A stretch of DNA of 7,703 bases, taken from the IMG/VR virus record IMGVR_UViG_3300008251_000129, one strand, 5' to 3'. A program made the translations under genes and the position numbers. Of the stretch, positions 6,687 to 7,703 are shown piece by piece; the first letter of the stretch is position 1; each line of letters opens with the position of its first letter. The notes below the pieces were generated by a model, which worked only from the letters and a program-made list of their open reading frames with translations, was not told where the DNA came from and made no database searches. The stretch is from a virus.

Positions 6687-6717
6687 AAAATTACGTAACT
6701 TGATAAAGAGCAATAAA

Positions 6718-6903
6718 ATGCCAACTAAACACATCGACGAAAAAACATGGAAATACGTTAGTGATGCAACAATAAAAGCCATAATCCAAACGAAAGAACA
6801 CTTCAAAGAAAGTGATATTTTAAGGATGCTAATCACTAAAGGATTCGAATCTATAACCGAGGATGACTATGAAAAAGAGGCAAGAAAAAAGAGGAAAAAA
6901 TAG
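6718..6903 (+). CDS. Small (61 aa) putative ribbon-helix-helix-type transcriptional regulator, divergent from gII
   Basis: It is the only plus-strand ORF not embedded in a larger gene. ATG 6718 has AAGAG upstream, and the TTG 6676 extension is unlikely. The pattern is a short N-terminal strand (KHID), a helix (EKTWKYVSDATIKAII), a loop and a second helix (SDILRMLITKGFESI), then a basic tail KKRKK. The fold assignment is inference only. Confidence 0.6.
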   Translation: MPTKHIDEKTWKYVSDATIKAIIQTKEHFKESDILRMLITKGFESITEDDYEKEARKKRKK

Positions 6904-6920
6904 CGACTTCGTATCGAAAT

Positions 6921-6935
6921 GTCTCATAATGAGAC
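6921..6935 (-). other. Palindrome GTCTCAT-A-ATGAGAC directly downstream (phage sense) of the nick hairpin; candidate gII-binding element
   Basis: The phage-sense sequence CTTGTCTCATTATGAGACA parallels f1 CTTGTTCCAAACTGGAACA, which follows the f1 nick hairpin. Confidence 0.6.
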
Positions 6936-6937
6936 AA

Positions 6938-6963
6938 GGGAGCACTATTAAAGAGGTGCTCCC
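6938..6963 (-). other. (+)-strand origin of replication: nick-site hairpin, Ff type
   Basis: The phage-sense sequence is GGGAGCAC-CTCTTTAATA-GTGCTCCC, against f1 GAGTCCAC-GTTCTTTAATA-GTGGACTC. Both have an 8-bp stem and the loop core TCTTTAATAGTG is identical. By analogy, the nick falls in CTTT^AATA, between window positions 6950 and 6949 on the minus strand. Confidence 0.85.
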
Positions 6964-6979
6964 ATGCGTTTTCACCTAA

Positions 6980-7001
6980 CAACTGTATTTAAATACAGTT
7001 G
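6980..7001. other. Perfect 22-bp palindrome CAACTGTATTTAAATACAGTTG
   Basis: Eleven-bp arms with no mismatch. It lies upstream (phage sense) of the nick hairpin, where Ff phages carry the (-)-origin and packaging hairpins. It could also terminate the plus-strand regulator transcript. Confidence 0.6.
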
Positions 7002-7025
7002 AATGCTGTTTTCCGAAAAAATCGG

Positions 7026-7045
7026 GAAATCAGGGAACTGATTTC
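7026..7045. other. Hairpin GAAATCAG-GGAA-CTGATTTC (8-bp stem, 4-nt loop)
   Basis: Read by eye. It is part of the hairpin cluster in the large intergenic region. Confidence 0.5.
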
Positions 7046-7054
7046 GGGCATAGA

Positions 7055-7200
7055 ATGCCAAAAACAGGAGAAAAAGCGGGAGGCCGTGAGAACGGCAAAA
7101 ACAAGAAAAGGCATGGCGAGGAACGCCACAAAAGACCGGAAAAACAAAGAAAGGTCAAAACACTAAAGGAAATGATGCAAGCATCACAAAGCTTATAACT
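7055..7200 (+). other. T-depleted, purine-rich, GC-elevated block; coding status unresolved
   Basis: The 80 nt at 7061..7140 contain only 2 T and are about 79% purine, with GC near 50%, unlike the AT-rich rest of the genome. The block carries a 47-codon basic ORF on the plus strand (7055..7198, MPKTGEKAGGRENGKNKKRHGEERHKRPEKQRKVKTLKEMMQASQSL). The 63-aa ORF 7030..7221 lies on the minus strand. Neither has a convincing ribosome-binding site. Confidence 0.5.
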
Positions 7201-7535
7201 TCGCAAGCTCAGCAAAGGCATCCTCCGGACTAAGGGCGTTAATTCAAAAGAGGGGCGGAATTGAAATCAAGGCGTTGAGACTGCAAAACCTCTTCTAGCT
7301 GTCTATTTTTCTTCTCTTTTGGTTTGTTAATAACGATTAATTTCTTCGTGGGATGCTATCCAAGCAGTCATTAAGTAGCGTTCTTTGGGTGGGTTGGTAC
7401 TCTGCGAGGCAAATTCGAAAGAGATCCTTTTTAGATCACTTCCGCGAGCCACGTTTATTGTACAAATTTACCGCGGTTTGTGGTGAACGGGTATATTAAT
7501 TATGATACTCGGGTATCGCTAAATGGTCCTATTAT

Positions 7536-7551
7536 GACAAACAAGTTTGTC
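7536..7551. other. Palindrome GACAAAC-AA-GTTTGTC
   Basis: Seven-bp perfect arms, about 20 nt from the XerD-arm-like 11-mer. Function unknown. Confidence 0.4.
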
Positions 7552-7571
7552 AAATATCGCCAAATGTCTAC

Positions 7572-7582
7572 CTATGTTAAAT
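7572..7582 (+). other. Isolated XerD-arm-like 11-mer CTATGTTAAAT, inverted relative to the dif-like site 89 nt away
   Basis: 10/11 match to the consensus XerD arm TTATGTTAAAT. The adjacent would-be XerC arm (7555..7565) is degenerate. Confidence 0.5.
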
Positions 7583-7703
7583 ACTTCGTTCGTGGGCTTC
7601 GCCGATTTTACTCTCTGCGTATGGCACCTAGAATCGTTCGAGGGCTTCGCTATTATCTCTCACGACTCAAGGCTAAACATAAGTGTGCATTATGCGCAGT
7701 TAG
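7581..7703. repeat. Terminal redundancy copy 2 (identical to 1..123)
   Basis: Same 123 nt as the window start. Confidence 0.95.
7672..7700 (-). other. Same dif-like site as 92..120 (copy within the terminal redundancy)
   Basis: Identical sequence by virtue of the 123-bp overlap. Confidence 0.7.

Larger units (their letters stand above)
1..7580 (-). mobile_element. Complete circular filamentous-phage (Inoviridae-like) genome unit, about 7,580 bp
   Basis: Exact 123-bp overlap between the two window ends. Full inovirus gene order on one strand (gII, gV, gVIII, gIII, gVI, gI). One large intergenic region with an Ff-type origin hairpin. Confidence 0.9.

Noticed and set aside
6676-6717. TTG-initiated 14-aa extension of the plus-strand regulator ORF
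   Set aside because: It would begin inside the predicted promoter (TATAAT at 6681..6686). ATG 6718, with AAGAG upstream, is more plausible.
7030-7221. 63-aa minus-strand ORF as a confident phage gene
   Set aside because: The GGAGG directly abuts the ATG with zero spacing. The Pro/Leu/Phe/Ser-rich product is what a pyrimidine-rich tract yields in any frame. It is kept only as an unresolved possibility in the findings.

Overview
The window is one complete, circularly permuted filamentous-phage (inovirus-like) genome of about 7,580 bp. Bases 1..123 are repeated exactly at 7581..7703, which is the signature of a circular molecule written out linearly. It is not a biological terminal repeat. All replication, structural and assembly genes lie on the minus strand in canonical inovirus order. 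That order is gII replication initiator (with a nested gX-like frame), an unusual zinc-ribbon ORF, the gV-like ssDNA-binding protein, a 70-aa small virion-type ORF, and the gVIII major coat protein. These are followed by a possible unlisted 26-codon hydrophobic ORF, the gIII-like adsorption protein, a gVI-like protein, the gI/Zot assembly ATPase, and a 106-aa membrane ORF of unknown function. The only credible plus-strand gene is a small (about 61 aa) ribbon-helix-helix-like regulator transcribed divergently from gII across a repeat-rich operator. The remaining ~0.8 kb (6904..7580 plus 1..126) is non-coding or of unresolved coding status. It holds an Ff-type (+)-strand origin hairpin whose loop matches the f1/M13 nick sequence, and several further hairpins. 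It also holds a T-depleted purine-rich block, 48-bp-spaced direct repeats, and a dif-like XerC/XerD recombination site just after the last gene. There is no gIV secretin and no integrase. The most interesting point is the mosaic: an Ff-like replication core (gII, gX, origin) in a phage carrying temperate-type features (a repressor-like gene, a Xer-type attP candidate) and several uncharacterised small genes. All homology statements come from my recall of Ff protein and origin sequences and from motifs read by eye; no database search was run.
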